Shown: piece by piece, positions 61,913 through 64,000 of the stretch
Numbering within the stretch: the stretch's first letter is position 1
How the letters are laid out: each line of letters opens with the position of its first letter
Assembly (NCBI RefSeq): GCF_000981445.1
Contig: NC_027216.1
Span: 1,178,001-1,242,000 of the forward strand
Reading direction: 5' to 3'
Length of the DNA stretch: 64,000 nucleotides
From: Babesia bigemina
Taxonomy: Eukaryota
Program-made: the position numbers and the translations under genes
Notes under the pieces: model-generated
The model's database searches: none
Told to the model about the DNA's origin: nothing
Seen by the model: the letters and a program-made list of their open reading frames with translations, nothing else

Positions 61913-62581
61913 ATGGCAATATCTCTATCAGACACAGAAGTAGAGGTCAATGTTGCGGGATGCGTTATTGGCTTGCATCGCGTGGCCCCATTACGGCAGC
62001 CTCTTGTAGATTTCGTGATTCGAAATCCAATTTGTGATAGGCCATAGAAAGCAGGGCACGTGTCGGTGTTACAGGTGTTGTTTCGGGGCAGCCTATACAC
62101 GAAGTTATGCGCCGTTTGAGGGCAGTGGAAACTCGGTTAGGCACAAAAATTGTAGCGCCGAAAAACCACGTTACTCGCCCTGTGAGCGAAGCCTGCCTCG
62201 CGCGCAGCTGCAACACAGCTAAAACTGACATAATAATCGATAATTTGCGCCCACATATGGTGGTAGTGAATGAGTTATGTCGACCAAACGCTTGTATATC
62301 GTTACACGCCGGGATGCGGTGGAAAGGGAGATGGTGTACACACACTATACGCACATGTCTTCTGCTTGATGTAGCTAGATTAGATCTATATGAGATGTAT
62401 GGGTTTTGAAGCAGGTGAGGTTATTCGCCACTACCCATCTCTGGCAACGCGTTCATTTGTTGAATTGTTTGATTACACATTGCGTTTTACGGGAGTCCAT
62501 TTGCAGAATTCGGCACTTGGTTCTACAATTGATTTTCGGGTTTTGCGCTTCTTGCTTAGTTACGCAGCGAATGCGCCATAA
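61913..62581 (+). CDS. Possible multi-exon hypothetical protein
   Basis: Chain of short plus-strand frames with candidate GT/AG sites, ending FLLSYAANAP*. Exon junctions not firmly resolved. Confidence 0.35.
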
Positions 62582-62624
62582 GCTTGGTGGTTGCACACTG
62601 TCTACAGTCCCATGATTTTTAGTT

Positions 62625-63971
62625 ATGGGTGCTTGTCAAAGCCGGGATGAACAGGAAGTTGCTGTTACTACGCCTAAACGTGGCGGTGCTACGAATGTCT
62701 GCGACGAGAGGCTAGAAGACCGATTGCTGACCATTCCTGAGATCAGTTATGGCCCGTTTAATCGTGTAGCGCTGGAATGGGATACCCTTGGTCAACTGAT
62801 TCCCTACAATCCGGAGAGCATTCGCTCCGCAACTAGCGCACAATCTGGAGATGCAGTATCAGAGGCCCATCAAGTTAGGAAGCAGCTGACTAGCATTAAG
62901 CAGCCTGCTAATTTGGCGAAAGGTGACGATAATGCTGCTTCCACCAACATGCAGAGGTTCAATTCCAGAGGTGTAACAGATGACAAACAATCGCTTGACC
63001 AGTTTAGGCGTGCTATAGTGATGTGGACGAATTTCAAAACCAGCACCAATGCTGTGAAAAAGTTGCACGGGGTAACTGATGCGTGGAGTTACCTCGATGC
63101 AGAAAACGTGCCACTACCTCAAGAAATGTTCGGAAGCGATGGATCGGAATCGATAAATGAGCTGCAGGGAAGCGAGGTGTCCGTTGGCAGTGCACTCACT
63201 CAGGAAGATGGCCCAGATGGTGCCATGCCCGATTTGTGTGAAAGTGGCGATGGTCACGTACCTATTGTAACGACGGAGGAGAACGTGCATCTCCCATTTC
63301 AGGATTTGCGTCAATCATTGAATGATTTAACACAGCAGCCATCGTCTTTTGTAACGCATCCCGCCTCACCGATGGAATCAGACGCGCCGATGGAGAATAT
63401 AGACGATGCTATAGACTGGTTAAATTACGAGCTGGTTCTGCGCCCTTATTCAAGCAAAGATACAGCACGGCATTCGTACAAATGCATCTATAGGCCGAGG
63501 CGTGAATTTTCGCCTCGTGACAGGGTTTACCGTCTAGATTCTAACTTGTTGCAATTATTGGGTGACATTTTGGACCCATTTCAGTCGCACAACGAAGATC
63601 AAGACCGTTTATCAGTGGGACCAAAAGTTAAACTTTTGCTCAATCAACTCGTTTCTGTTAAAGAATGGGGATCATCGACAATTCAGGATAATGCTAATTC
63701 TGTTCAGGGCGTTGTAACGCGCAAGACGAAACGTGTAATGAGGAGACCATTCGACTTGCGCGCCCTGTCTACAATAAGTGATTCCGGTGATGTTCAAAGC
63801 CCCTGTGCACATCCCTTCTACTGTCTGGAAGACTCGGGCTGCGATGCGGGAAGCGGTGCCTATCGCGATATACATGGCACAAAAGAAAACAAGCACTCGA
63901 TCAATTCCACAGGCAATTATAGACCACATGGCCGCTATGGAGACATGTCAGATATACCACTGCTATTTTGA
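62625..63971 (+). CDS. Hypothetical protein with N-myristoylation/palmitoylation motif
   Basis: 448-aa ORF starting MGACQS (Gly2, Cys4, Ser6). Confidence 0.75.
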   Translation: MGACQSRDEQEVAVTTPKRGGATNVCDERLEDRLLTIPEISYGPFNRVALEWDTLGQLIPYNPESIRSATSAQSGDAVSEAHQVRKQLTSIKQPANLAKGDDNAASTNMQRFNSRGVTDDKQSLDQFRRAIVMWTNFKTSTNAVKKLHGVTDAWSYLDAENVPLPQEMFGSDGSESINELQGSEVSVGSALTQEDGPDGAMPDLCESGDGHVPIVTTEENVHLPFQDLRQSLNDLTQQPSSFVTHPASPMESDAPMENIDDAIDWLNYELVLRPYSSKDTARHSYKCIYRPRREFSPRDRVYRLDSNLLQLLGDILDPFQSHNEDQDRLSVGPKVKLLLNQLVSVKEWGSSTIQDNANSVQGVVTRKTKRVMRRPFDLRALSTISDSGDVQSPCAHPFYCLEDSGCDAGSGAYRDIHGTKENKHSINSTGNYRPHGRYGDMSDIPLLF

Positions 63972-64000
63972 ATCCGGGGTGCATATACTACCCGCAAACC

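Overview
Gene-dense, intron-rich eukaryotic chromosome segment from an apicomplexan piroplasm, most consistent with Babesia sensu stricto. Support: many 33-45 nt GT-AG introns, a 12D3-like antigen, a 6-Cys-family fragment, APH and an apicomplexan-type ATP synthase subunit a. About 35 protein-coding genes were rebuilt by hand across introns; several are missing or fragmented in the ORF track (OB-fold protein, WDR82, LSm6, adenylate kinase, ATP synthase a, RRS1, a Tma17-like protein). The main anomaly is an ~8.3 kb GC-rich tandem macrosatellite (1714-9975) of about 11.6 units. Its three length classes (825-826, 660-662 and 658 bp) can be derived from one another by deletion between internal direct repeats. 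It lies beside a nonsense-disrupted 6-Cys/s48-45-like gene fragment. Other points: Tim17 and Tim44 stop codons abut with no spacer, an RFC1-like gene has a broken Walker A, APH lacks a Gly2 start, the RRS1 start codon may be split by an intron, and several co-directional genes are only 6-14 nt apart. All family calls come from recalled motifs, not database searches.
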